Counted from the first letter of the stretch, positions 1 through 8,919 are shown. The stretch is 64,000 nucleotides of DNA from a virus (IMGVR_UViG_3300008259_000014:1-64000); one strand, 5' to 3'. The notes: generated by a model not told the origin, from the sequence alone. Made by a program: numbers and translations.

Positions 1-353
1 GATCTATATTCATCAGTTTGAACAACTGCATTGTGATTTTCTTTTTCCTTCTTTTTTATATTGGAAAAATAATTATTTATAATATCCATGTCACAATCTG
101 GAATCGAAAGATATTCTATAAAATTAGTTATGTTAAAAAATTTTTTTCTAAAACTAAATAAATCTTTTGCAAGGCTATCTTCAAAATAATAAGCAAAATA
201 TTCTATAGATGAAGATGAGATTGGCATCTCTTTTTTTCCAGAGACTTTCTTTTTTGGATAGCCTTTATTATTTGTAAATTCTTTTTTTAGCTTTATATTA
301 AAAACTGGAATATTATTTTTTATATTATAAGATATATCAAAGTATTCTATCAT
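1..353 (-). CDS. Partial ORF (>117 aa, runs off window), probable free-standing homing endonuclease inserted in the fractured recA
   Basis: Absent from the ORF track. Manual translation from ATG 353 (RBS GGTGG): MIEYFDISYNIKNNIPVF...NHNAVVQTDEYRS, open to base 1. The endonuclease call rests on its position after a split-intein fragment and on hairpin-occluded initiation; no catalytic domain lies in the window. Confidence 0.5.
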   Translation of the reverse strand, partial: MIEYFDISYNIKNNIPVFNIKLKKEFTNNKGYPKKKVSGKKEMPISSSSIEYFAYYFEDSLAKDLFSFRKKFFNITNFIEYLSIPDCDMDIINNYFSNIKKKEKENHNAVVQTDEYR

Positions 354-409
354 TTTCCACCTGGTGTATTCTAAATACAAATAATAATAGAATACACCAG
401 GTGGAAAAT
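352..409 (-). promoter_or_regulatory. 22-bp perfect inverted repeat (14-nt loop) sequestering the RBS and start codon of the downstream ORF
   Basis: ATTTTCCACCTGGTGTATTCTA (352-373) and TAGAATACACCAGGTGGAAAAT (388-409); the 3' arm on the minus-strand transcript contains GGTGG-AAA-AT(G). Confidence 0.85.
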
Positions 410-732
410 TAAACCTTATATCTTATTTTTACTTTTGTAGTAAAAGGATCAACGCATTCTGGATTTCCCCACATTTCACCTGGATTTACTCTTACTTGGT
501 TGATTGCAATCATAGCAACATTTGCGTCTGCAATTCCAGGCGTTAGCTTCTTTAACTCTACCGTTAGAAATCTTGCAACTGCTGCCATCAAAGCTTTTCC
601 AACTTCTGCCTCAACCTCCTGTGGTACCTGTAAGTTTGCAATCGAATCTAATACAATAACTCCCATCTTTCCACAGTTTAAGGAAACTTTCTTTTTTGTA
701 GAAGGGTTTACATATGATATAGTCTGGCCTCT
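409..732 (-). CDS. recA: RecA middle segment (Walker B to loop L2) fused to a 15-aa split-intein N-fragment
   Basis: VIVLDS (Walker B), AINQVR, MWGNPE, then CVDPFTTKVKIRYKV-stop. The frame is open from 732; the track ORF starts at ATG 666. Confidence 0.85.
   Translation of the reverse strand, partial: RGQTISYVNPSTKKKVSLNCGKMGVIVLDSIANLQVPQEVEAEVGKALMAAVARFLTVELKKLTPGIADANVAMIAINQVRVNPGEMWGNPECVDPFTTKVKIRYKV
412..456 (-). mobile_element. Split intein N-fragment (IntN, 15 aa)
   Basis: Cys1 plus block-A-like CVDPFTTKVKI replaces the expected (T/S)xxGG of RecA L2, then a stop codon. Confidence 0.75.
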
Positions 733-1073
733 CTATCATTATCTACTCCAAACTTTGCAGCCCATTCTGCAGAGTATGTATACTCTGCATCAATAAATGC
801 AACGCAATTTTCTGGATCTTGTGCCTGCCAATTTGCCATTGCAATTAATGCAAGCAATGTCTTTCCTGAGCTTGGGGCTCCCGCAAGTTGGATCAACCTT
901 CCTCTTGGCCATCCGCCTATTCCAATTGCCCTATCCAAAGAAGGCGTTCCAGTTGGTACAGTGTCTGTGTGTATTGTCTGATCTGGTCTTACAACTGATT
1001 CAGATCCAAATAAATCCTCTAAGCTTTTCCAAGCTTCTGAATCTGACAATAACTTCTCTTCGCCTTTAGCCAT
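708..1073 (-). CDS. recA: RecA N-terminal segment, out of frame with the next segment
   Basis: TGTPSLDRAIGIGGWPRGR, Walker A GAPSSGKT, FIDAE; homology is lost after GVDNDR. Confidence 0.9.
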   Translation of the reverse strand: MAKGEEKLLSDSEAWKSLEDLFGSESVVRPDQTIHTDTVPTGTPSLDRAIGIGGWPRGRLIQLAGAPSSGKTLLALIAMANWQAQDPENCVAFIDAEYTYSAEWAAKFGVDNDREARLYHM

Positions 1074-1082
1074 TATTTCTCC

Positions 1083-2747
1083 TTAGTATTTGTGGTTTAA
1101 GTTTGCGTTTTCTGGCGGCCTCCATCCTGCCGGCGCTTGCCAGTCAGATTTGTTAACCGGTGAATCAGAAACTATCGCTTCTGTATTTATAAGCAGCAAT
1201 GCTATGCTTGTCGAGTTTTCTAGAGCTGTTCGTGTAACTTTTTTTGGATCAATAACACCTGATTCAATCAGGTTTTCCCACTTCATGGTTGCGGCATTAA
1301 AACCAATTCGCCAGTCTTCAGTTTCGATGGTCTGCTTTAGTATTTGCTCAGCGTCTTGATGGGCGTTTAATGAGATTTGCATTAAAGGCTTTTTGCAAGA
1401 TTCCATCAATACCTCTGCAGCTTCCTTGAAATCTTCTGGAATTTTAGACTTATCTATCATCCTTACAGCTCTAACAAGAGCTGTTCCGCCACCGGGAACA
1501 AATCCCTCATCAATTGCTGCTTTTGCAGCAGATAAAGCGTCCTCTAGTCTATCTCCTTTTTCTCTTAACTCCAACTCAGTCAAATAGCCAACGCATATAA
1601 CTGCTGTTTTATTTTGAAGAAATTCAATCCTCTTTCTTAGATCTAACCTTTCTGTATCTCCAAGATTTTCTTTTATATCATGTGCATAAAATGCAAGTTT
1701 ATGCTCTAGTCTTTTTATATCTTTTTTTCCTTCAACAATATTTGTTACATATTTATTTACTGATATTCTTTTTGCATATCCAAGATCACTTAGTGATGCA
1801 GCTGATAATTCTATTCCGTTTGCAGATCCAAAAACTTTTGCTCCAGTAAGAATGGATAAATCATCTAGCCATTCATTTTGATGCTGACCGGCAAATGGTG
1901 GAATTTCCGTTGCTACACATTGCAGCCTACCAAGTTTATTATTAGCAACAAGTGTTGCCAAAGCCTCTTGCTTTAGAGCCTTGCATATAATTAACAATGG
2001 AGCTTGGCTGTTGCTCAGCTCATTTAATAACGGTAAAAATCCATTTAAAGATGCTATCTCTTGATTTGCAATCAATATTCTTGCATTTTCAAATACAACA
2101 TCTGACTTGCCATCTAGTAAAAAGTTTGATGTTATATAGCCTTTTTTATACTCAAGACCCTCTGTCACACGCACGTACGTGCGTGTACCTGCTGAGCCTT
2201 CTGCCAATACAGTTCCCTCTAGACCAACCTTCTCAAATGCTTCTGCAATTGCAGAGCCCATATCACTATCGTTATTTGCTGATATTGTAGCAATGTTTCT
2301 TAGCGAGTCAATATCTTCAATTTTTGTTGTTAATAAGTCTAAGTTTTTAACTATCTCGTCTCTTGCCCACTCAAGACCTCTCTTTAGCTTTAAAGGGCTA
2401 TAACCTGTTGATATAAGCGTGTCACCTCTTTCAAATATTTCTCTTGCAAGTACTGTTGCAGTAGTTGTTCCATCTCCCGCCATATCTGCTGTCCTTCCTG
2501 CTGCTTCTTTTACAAGCTGACAAGCCAAGTCTTCAACTGGATCTAGTAGAGTTATCTCTCTAGCAACTGAGACCCCGTCTTTTGTGATTACTGGCGCACC
2601 AACAAATTTTTTCAAAATTACATTCTTTCCCTGTGGACCCATAGTTACTGCCACCGTTTTTGCAAGCTTATCCAATCCACTCTTTAATCTCTGTCTTGCA
2701 TCATTTGCATAATATAAATCTTTTGACATATTAACCTCTCTTAACAA
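1083..2747 (-). CDS. groEL: Chaperonin GroEL, divergent copy 1 (likely start 2729, MSKDLYY)
   Basis: TMGPQG, ITKDGVSVA, AGDGTTTATVL, DRLEDA, PGGG, GVIDP..V. Confidence 0.95.
   Translation of the reverse strand: MLREVNMSKDLYYANDARQRLKSGLDKLAKTVAVTMGPQGKNVILKKFVGAPVITKDGVSVAREITLLDPVEDLACQLVKEAAGRTADMAGDGTTTATVLAREIFERGDTLISTGYSPLKLKRGLEWARDEIVKNLDLLTTKIEDIDSLRNIATISANNDSDMGSAIAEAFEKVGLEGTVLAEGSAGTRTYVRVTEGLEYKKGYITSNFLLDGKSDVVFENARILIANQEIASLNGFLPLLNELSNSQAPLLIICKALKQEALATLVANNKLGRLQCVATEIPPFAGQHQNEWLDDLSILTGAKVFGSANGIELSAASLSDLGYAKRISVNKYVTNIVEGKKDIKRLEHKLAFYAHDIKENLGDTERLDLRKRIEFLQNKTAVICVGYLTELELREKGDRLEDALSAAKAAIDEGFVPGGGTALVRAVRMIDKSKIPEDFKEAAEVLMESCKKPLMQISLNAHQDAEQILKQTIETEDWRIGFNAATMKWENLIESGVIDPKKVTRTALENSTSIALLLINTEAIVSDSPVNKSDWQAPAGWRPPENANLNHKY
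2167..2186. repeat. 20-bp perfect palindrome within groEL-1
   Basis: ACACGCACGT-ACGTGCGTGT, fully alternating purine/pyrimidine. Confidence 0.8.
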
Positions 2748-3304
2748 AGTGTATATTGATTTTTGCTATCAGTTTTGATTATTGTAGCGATCCCAACAGC
2801 AACTGCATCGGCTTCATCTTCAAGTTCTTTTTTAAAAGTACCCTTCTTGGTTGGAATGCGATTAAATCCTTTTAACGTTTTTACCCATTCATAAACTTCT
2901 TCCTTTGAAGAAATCTTTGTGCCAGAAAATTTTGATAAAACGCTTCTAAGCGATAAGACTCCAAGCTTTTCTGGTACTTGTTTTGTCTTAACTATGCAGG
3001 CCATTGTTATAGCTTCGTTAAATACGGATAATACTATTATTGTCTTAGCCGTTGATCTTCCTGCTGCAAATCTTGATACGTAATCTTCAATTATTATTCT
3101 ATCTGGCTTTTTCTGATCTATAAGATTTGATATAATTTCCTGACCCTTTAAGGCTCTCATTGCTAATGAAAGTGGATTAGCCTCAGTTCCTTTGGGCGGC
3201 TTAATGTGACCGTGAGACTCAATTTTTATTTGATAATTATCAATTGTCAAAAGTGACCAGCCTATTGTCGAAGACGACACATCAAGCGATAAAACTCTGT
3301 TCAT
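2741..3304 (-). CDS. RuvC-like Holliday junction resolvase
   Basis: VLSLDVSSSTIGW, IIIED, SKEEV, DEADAVAVG (RNase H-fold acidic residues). Confidence 0.85.
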   Translation of the reverse strand: MNRVLSLDVSSSTIGWSLLTIDNYQIKIESHGHIKPPKGTEANPLSLAMRALKGQEIISNLIDQKKPDRIIIEDYVSRFAAGRSTAKTIIVLSVFNEAITMACIVKTKQVPEKLGVLSLRSVLSKFSGTKISSKEEVYEWVKTLKGFNRIPTKKGTFKKELEDEADAVAVGIATIIKTDSKNQYTLC

Positions 3305-3318
3305 AACACTCCTAAAAA

Positions 3319-3358
3319 TAAAAAGGTTACATAGATTTTACTCTATGTAACCTTTTTA
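3319..3358 (-). terminator. Intrinsic terminator after the SSB gene
   Basis: TAAAAAGGTTACATAGA / TCTATGTAACCTTTTTA. Confidence 0.8.
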
Positions 3359-3369
3359 ATCACTTAGGA

Positions 3370-3981
3370 TTATGACTCAAAATCAAAGTCGTAATCGTCA
3401 CCCTTTTGAGCAGCCTTTTGAGCAGGAGCCTTGCCGCCCTTCTCTCCAGACCAACCCATAAACTCTAGAATATCTGCAACTGGTGAAGGAGAGATAAACT
3501 TGTCTACGTTGATTCTATCGTTGAATTCCTGATATCTGGTTTTAATCTCATCAGGAACTGCCTCTTGTGGATTTGGTGTAACGCTATATAGTGGCTGTGT
3601 GCCCTTTGGAGCTCTGGTGATTGTTAGGTCGTAGTTGGTAACCTTGCCCCAGCGCTTATTCTTGGTAAGCTGTGTGATAGAGTTTAGAACTTGAGGTCCA
3701 ATCTCTAGCAACTTATAGGACTCGGATTTACGATCTAGGACTTTAACAAACCAGCGAGCTTGCTTTTTGAAGCCGGAATCCTCTAGCCTACGAACTAGAC
3801 CGGGATTTGTAGTAGGACTATTGAATTTCTTCTTGGTCTTACCATTCTCTGCCCAGTGAATGTAGAACTGGATTGGATTACCCATGACTCTTACAGTGTT
3901 TTCGCCTTCCTCAAGCTTCATAAAATCTGATTTACCGCTTGAAACATCAGCATCATTCCAGTCAATTTCTCCTACCTGCAT
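3370..3981 (-). CDS. Single-stranded DNA-binding protein (gp32-like)
   Basis: FMKLEEGENTVRV, YIHW, YDLTITR...T.YSV.P, acidic C-terminal tail DDYDFDFES; replication context. Confidence 0.7.
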   Translation of the reverse strand: MQVGEIDWNDADVSSGKSDFMKLEEGENTVRVMGNPIQFYIHWAENGKTKKKFNSPTTNPGLVRRLEDSGFKKQARWFVKVLDRKSESYKLLEIGPQVLNSITQLTKNKRWGKVTNYDLTITRAPKGTQPLYSVTPNPQEAVPDEIKTRYQEFNDRINVDKFISPSPVADILEFMGWSGEKGGKAPAQKAAQKGDDYDFDFES

Positions 3982-4056
3982 GTTATATCTCCTTATTTTT
4001 GGCTTGTTTTGTTTTGTTTGCTATGCCGCACAATGCGGACTTATGTTCCACTTGTA

Positions 4057-4620
4057 CTATTCCCAGTTAATTTGACCATCTGTTTCATCAGAATCATCAG
4101 GAATTTCTATATTTCTATAATCATCCACTGCTCTTCCGAATGAAACATCGCTCGAACTCTCTATGGAGTAGTCTCTCTTTAGGAAAGTTTTAAATGCATA
4201 ATGCCATCCCGAAAAATAGCCTGCTTTATGTTCAAACCATTTCTTAGTAGCCTTAGCCATTGTCAACTTATTACAAACGGCAATATAATCATCATCAGCT
4301 TGTGCAAACCACTCTTTATCTTTTGATGTTTTATGTCCGTTATCTTTTGCTTTTGAAAGGGCCGCATTTGACCATGCTTTATTCCTCTCACTTTCTAGAA
4401 GTCCAATATATCTGTCTACAATAGAAATTTTATCTTGACAGAAATTTTGTCCTTCTAAGGTGTAAACCAAACCTCTTTCGGCTAGATTAAGGTCGATTAC
4501 ACCAGATGTTGGCATTTTTGCTGCCAACTTATCAATAAAGGATATGTCAATCTCCTCTATTGAAAAATTTTCCAAGCTTAGCGCGTCTTTAATTTTTCTT
4601 GTCATCGCGTCCTTCCTCAT
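4057..4620 (-). CDS. Helical protein, possibly a UvsY-like recombination mediator (likely start 4605)
   Basis: Coiled-coil with WFAQADDDY; adjacent to SSB; weak resemblance only. Confidence 0.35.
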   Translation of the reverse strand: MRKDAMTRKIKDALSLENFSIEEIDISFIDKLAAKMPTSGVIDLNLAERGLVYTLEGQNFCQDKISIVDRYIGLLESERNKAWSNAALSKAKDNGHKTSKDKEWFAQADDDYIAVCNKLTMAKATKKWFEHKAGYFSGWHYAFKTFLKRDYSIESSSDVSFGRAVDDYRNIEIPDDSDETDGQINWE

Positions 4621-4915
4621 TTATTATAATCGGCCCGGCGGCGGTGGCAACTTTTTTTTCAAAATTTTCAATCGCGGCAAGTTTCTCGTCGATAGTTCGC
4701 ATTCTTTGCGTGAACATAACATTCAGCATAAAGAATATTACTGCCATTGGAGTCGATCCATCTAGCGGGGGCTGAACGGATATTATATGACCATTGTGAT
4801 TTGTTTCAAACAAATCTTTAAAATGATCTTTGCCATATTTTTCAACTAGTGCCTGATAATATGAAAATTCACTAGTTGACAAATCGAGCCTTTTATTTGC
4901 AACAGCTTTTATCAA
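4589..4915 (-). CDS. Hypothetical protein
   Basis: Start/stop overlaps with neighbouring genes. Confidence 0.6.
   Translation of the reverse strand: MIKAVANKRLDLSTSEFSYYQALVEKYGKDHFKDLFETNHNGHIISVQPPLDGSTPMAVIFFMLNVMFTQRMRTIDEKLAAIENFEKKVATAAGPIIINEEGRDDKKN
4623..4650 (-). promoter_or_regulatory. Sigma70-like promoter TTGCCA-N16-TATAAT with upstream A-tract
   Basis: AAAAAAAAG TTGCCA ccgccgccgggccgat TATAAT, just upstream of RBS GAGGAAGGA. Confidence 0.75.
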
Positions 4916-5424
4916 CCAACTCTCCTTACCGAGAATCCAGGATTCTTAGTTAGAATTTTATTGTTTTTGTATGCATTTTTTAGCTTTTGAACTTTCAAAT
5001 CAACATCGGTAGGGAGATCCATGCTAGCACCATCCCACTCATCCTCATTAAAAGATGGATCATCCATCTCTCCCTCTGCTTGATTTACATCATCGTGCAT
5101 TCCTTCCAACTCTTTTACAACTTCATTCTCTACTTCTTCCCTTATTGCTTTTAAGTCATCTTCTTCGGTATTTTCTTTTATCTTAATTCTCTCTGGTTTG
5201 CTCTTAAAGAATTCAGAAAGAATAAATAATGATAAATCAAACAATACATCGTTATCAAGCTTTTGTCCAAAGTCCTGCTCTAGTATTTTTTGTTTTATAT
5301 TTTGCAATCTTCTAGTATGCAAATCTCCCATCAAAGGAGATCCACAAGATGGACACATATTCTTATTAAGTGCGTGCCTCATTTTTGATGAGACTTCAAA
5401 TTCACATATAGGACATTTTATCAT
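4912..5424 (-). CDS. Zn-ribbon protein with acidic C-terminal half
   Basis: CPIC-x16-CPSC. Confidence 0.65.
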   Translation of the reverse strand: MIKCPICEFEVSSKMRHALNKNMCPSCGSPLMGDLHTRRLQNIKQKILEQDFGQKLDNDVLFDLSLFILSEFFKSKPERIKIKENTEEDDLKAIREEVENEVVKELEGMHDDVNQAEGEMDDPSFNEDEWDGASMDLPTDVDLKVQKLKNAYKNNKILTKNPGFSVRRVG

Positions 5425-8400
5425 AATTGCCTCCCATAAACTCTCTCTAGAGTTGATAATACCAAATCCTTCTCTCCCATGTATTCACTTACTTTACAAA
5501 TTGCCTTAAAAGGGATTCCGTCAGTTAAGTGTGTCCTAAACTTTTCGTAATCTTCCGCCCATAAAGTTAATCCTGACGTATTTCCATAAGCATCTTCTAC
5601 TATATATTTGGCAAACTTCTTTCCAAGGTTCTTACCTTGTTTGATCTTAAATTCCTTCTTCATTGCCTTAATAATGGCCTCTATTCTTATTTTTGATCCA
5701 GCTTCTAAATTCTTTATATCGCTAAATTTTGTAATAGAATAGCCTCCAGTGAAGAAGCCCTTAAATGCCTCATGCAAACTTCCTGATATTGATCTCCCAA
5801 GAGCAATTCTTTCATTTATAAGAAGAGTTTTTCTATCCCACTCTTCTACTTCTTTGCTTATAACAACTTGAAGTGATAAGTCTTTAATTACAGCAGTCAT
5901 TTCATCATTAAAATATTTTTCAATATTACTACTCTTTACCGCAACCTCTTGAACCTCATCTGTTATCTCGTCATCAACAAACTTGATATCTTCTAACTCC
6001 TGATCCTCTGATTCGTCATCCTCTGGAATTGCTTTGGCAAGATGCTTCTTTATAAGATTATTAATCTTAACTCTGTAGTCTTGATAATTCTCATGGGCAT
6101 CTTTTCTTGTTATGCCAAGGGAATCAGTTGCTCCAGCTTTTGCAAGAGCCTGAATAACATTTTTTCTTAAGTGCTTTGAAGGATTTCTTGCTAAGAAATC
6201 AACAAAGTTTATGTAGGGTCTGTTTACAAGGATGTTATCGGCAGCCTTAGATCCAAGACCTTTTATTGATGACAAGCCAGATGTTATCTCCCTTTCTCCT
6301 GTAATTTTATTCAAGTTATCGCTTAAATTTAAGTCAGGTGGAAGAACTTTTATATCCATCTTTCTGCACTCATCAACGTATTCTTGCATTTTGTCGCTAT
6401 TTGGATCTTCTGAGTTTAAGAGAGCGCACATGAATTCAGTTGGATAATGATATCTTAGCCAAGCTGTATAATATGATATAAACGAATATGATACAGAATG
6501 GGACTTATTAAAACCATACGAACCAAACGGCTCTATCTCTTCTTTCCATATTTTTCTTGCCAACTCATATGACATCTTGGAATACTCCATACAGTCTTTT
6601 ATAAAGTTAGCTTCGGTCTTCAAAACTAGATCTTCATCCTTTCCCTTTAGCTTTGTAATCTTTCTTAAATTATCTGCTTGATTCAGATTCCATCCAGCGC
6701 AATCCTTGGCTATAACCATCATTTGCTCTTCATATAGAGTTATTCCATATGTTTTCCCTTGAGCCCTCTCTAATGATGGATGTTTATACTTTACTGGCTC
6801 TATGCCTAGCTTTCTATTTACATATGTAGCTCTTTGATCTGCTGGGCAAGAAGGCCTTCCCAAGGCGTTAATAGCTGAAATTTCTTCGATATTCTTTGGC
6901 TTAATCTTCATACAAAGAGGTGTTAGAGAAGATTCTAGCTGAAAAACTCCAGCGGTCTCGCCCCTTCCAATCATATTGTAGACCTCTACGTCATTAAAGT
7001 CAATATCCTTGGTTGATAGCTTTTTGCCAGTAGTTTCTTTTATAATTTTAAAAGCAGTGTCTATTACCGTCAATGTTTGAACACCAAGAATATCCATCTT
7101 GATAAGACCGTTATCCTCACATCTTGTCTTTTCCCACTGAGTAACAACCTTTCCTTCTTTTTCATCTACTCTGAGTGGTGCAACCTCATAAAGATCCTTG
7201 TCAGAGATTACAACGCCTGCTGCGTGCACTGACCAATTTCTAGTTAATGACTGTAGCTTTTTTGAGTACTCATATAGGTCTGGATACTTTGACATATACT
7301 TCTTTACTTCATCTGACATATCCATTGCATCATCAATTGAATCAGCATCTGGCATTGCAGCAGTTATATTATTTGCAATTGTAAATGCAGTTGATTTATC
7401 ACCACCAAGCTTTATACTTCTTGCAATATCCTTTACGACTACCTTTGGAGATAAGGTTGACCAGTTTGAAATAGAAGCTACTTTACTTTCTCCGTATTTA
7501 TTTTTAATATATTCTTTTACAGTTCCTGGGTCCGAAAAGTCAGAGTCAATATCAGGAAATGATTTCTTTTCTGCATTTTGAAATCTCTCAAAAAGAAGAT
7601 CATATTCTATTGGGTCAACATCAGATATTCCAGTTAGAAAGGCAACAAGTGAGCCTGCGCAACTTCCGCGGGCAGGCCCAACGGGCATTTTTTGCTTTGC
7701 CCAGTTGACATAGTCTGCAACAATAAGCATGTAAGATGAGAAGTTTTTATTTTCCAAAACTGATAACTCGGTCTTTACTCTTTCCCAATATTCATCTTTC
7801 TTTTCTTTATCAAAGCTAGCAAGCTTTTCTTTAAATCCTTGGATACACTTATATCTTAAGTAAGCTTTATCTTCAGCCAAATCTTTTGTAGACTTTTGCT
7901 TCCACTCTAGGAATTCTTTGTAGTCTAACTCATCCTTAACTGGATAGGCAGGAAGGATTGCTCCCCTTGGCTTTATATAAGAAGGCTCATCACAGGAGTT
8001 TAGAATGGATATTGTATTTTCCATACCTTTTTCTGCAACTTTTCTTCCAAAGAATCTTGTAATTTCCTCTGGTGATTTTAGATACATATCTTGTACGCCA
8101 TACCTGAATCTATCAGGATCATCTACTGGCTTTTTATCTTTAATTGCCAACATCAGATCGTGGTACTTTGCGTGATCCTTATCTCTATAGTGAGCATCAC
8201 ATGTAATTACATATGGTATACCATAATCATGTGAATACTTCAACATTGCTTCGTTTAGCTTTACTTGGTTAACTTCTTTTCCATCCTTTTGAGTGGCTAA
8301 AAGCTCATGAGGCTGAAGCTCCAAAAAGAACCTGTCTTTAAATATTCCATGGAATCTTTTTATATAAGATTCAGCAAGTGCAACGTCTTGATTTGTAATC

Positions 8401-8843
8401 AGTGTTTTTCCAACCAAACCATTTGAGCATGCTGTTAAGGCTATTACTCCTGAGTTAGCCTGCTCTATATGCCTCCAAGAAAGCCTTGGAGTTTTCTTTC
8501 CCATATAGCCAGAACTTGTTTGATTTTGATATGCCCAATAATTTAGCTTTAAAATATTTCTATAGCCTTCTTCATTCTTTGCTAATAAAACAAGATGATA
8601 AGATTTCCTATCAGTCTCGTCATCTGCAAAGTAAGCCTCCATGCCTGGAATTAGCTTAACTCCTGTTTCTTGACTTGCCTTATAAGCATCATATATCGCA
8701 GTCATTGTTCCGTGGTCAGTAACCGCAACACCTGGATGTCCAACTTCTTTTGCTCTTACAAATAGATCCTTTACATCATTCATACCGTCCAATGGCGAGC
8801 CAAGCTCAGTATGATTGTGCAATGATACAAACTTTCCAGACAT
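5421..8843 (-). CDS. dnaE: DNA polymerase III alpha subunit (family C)
   Basis: PHP HNH/TDHG/DAHY, RGSCAGSLV, PDIDSDF, HAAG, KMDILG, YGFNKSH, C-terminal OB fold; no intein. Confidence 0.97.
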   Translation of the reverse strand: MSGKFVSLHNHTELGSPLDGMNDVKDLFVRAKEVGHPGVAVTDHGTMTAIYDAYKASQETGVKLIPGMEAYFADDETDRKSYHLVLLAKNEEGYRNILKLNYWAYQNQTSSGYMGKKTPRLSWRHIEQANSGVIALTACSNGLVGKTLITNQDVALAESYIKRFHGIFKDRFFLELQPHELLATQKDGKEVNQVKLNEAMLKYSHDYGIPYVITCDAHYRDKDHAKYHDLMLAIKDKKPVDDPDRFRYGVQDMYLKSPEEITRFFGRKVAEKGMENTISILNSCDEPSYIKPRGAILPAYPVKDELDYKEFLEWKQKSTKDLAEDKAYLRYKCIQGFKEKLASFDKEKKDEYWERVKTELSVLENKNFSSYMLIVADYVNWAKQKMPVGPARGSCAGSLVAFLTGISDVDPIEYDLLFERFQNAEKKSFPDIDSDFSDPGTVKEYIKNKYGESKVASISNWSTLSPKVVVKDIARSIKLGGDKSTAFTIANNITAAMPDADSIDDAMDMSDEVKKYMSKYPDLYEYSKKLQSLTRNWSVHAAGVVISDKDLYEVAPLRVDEKEGKVVTQWEKTRCEDNGLIKMDILGVQTLTVIDTAFKIIKETTGKKLSTKDIDFNDVEVYNMIGRGETAGVFQLESSLTPLCMKIKPKNIEEISAINALGRPSCPADQRATYVNRKLGIEPVKYKHPSLERAQGKTYGITLYEEQMMVIAKDCAGWNLNQADNLRKITKLKGKDEDLVLKTEANFIKDCMEYSKMSYELARKIWKEEIEPFGSYGFNKSHSVSYSFISYYTAWLRYHYPTEFMCALLNSEDPNSDKMQEYVDECRKMDIKVLPPDLNLSDNLNKITGEREITSGLSSIKGLGSKAADNILVNRPYINFVDFLARNPSKHLRKNVIQALAKAGATDSLGITRKDAHENYQDYRVKINNLIKKHLAKAIPEDDESEDQELEDIKFVDDEITDEVQEVAVKSSNIEKYFNDEMTAVIKDLSLQVVISKEVEEWDRKTLLINERIALGRSISGSLHEAFKGFFTGGYSITKFSDIKNLEAGSKIRIEAIIKAMKKEFKIKQGKNLGKKFAKYIVEDAYGNTSGLTLWAEDYEKFRTHLTDGIPFKAICKVSEYMGEKDLVLSTLERVYGRQL

Positions 8844-8893
8844 ATTTTCCCCTTTTGCATAGATTTTAAAAAAACACTGTCTTTTGAAAAAGA

Positions 8894-8919
8894 AGAAGGC
8901 CGCAATATTGCGGCCTTCT
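8894..8919 (-). terminator. Intrinsic terminator
   Basis: Palindrome AGAAGGCCGCAATATTGCGGCCTTCT followed by a U-tract on the minus strand. Confidence 0.8.

Noticed and set aside
354-456. Group I intron in recA
   Set aside because: No room for, or sign of, P/Q/R/S core elements before the next ORF; the Cys-initial peptide fits an intein fragment better.
5421-8843. Intein in DnaE
   Set aside because: RGSCAGS is ordinary DnaE sequence; the only insert is an acidic low-complexity stretch without splicing motifs.
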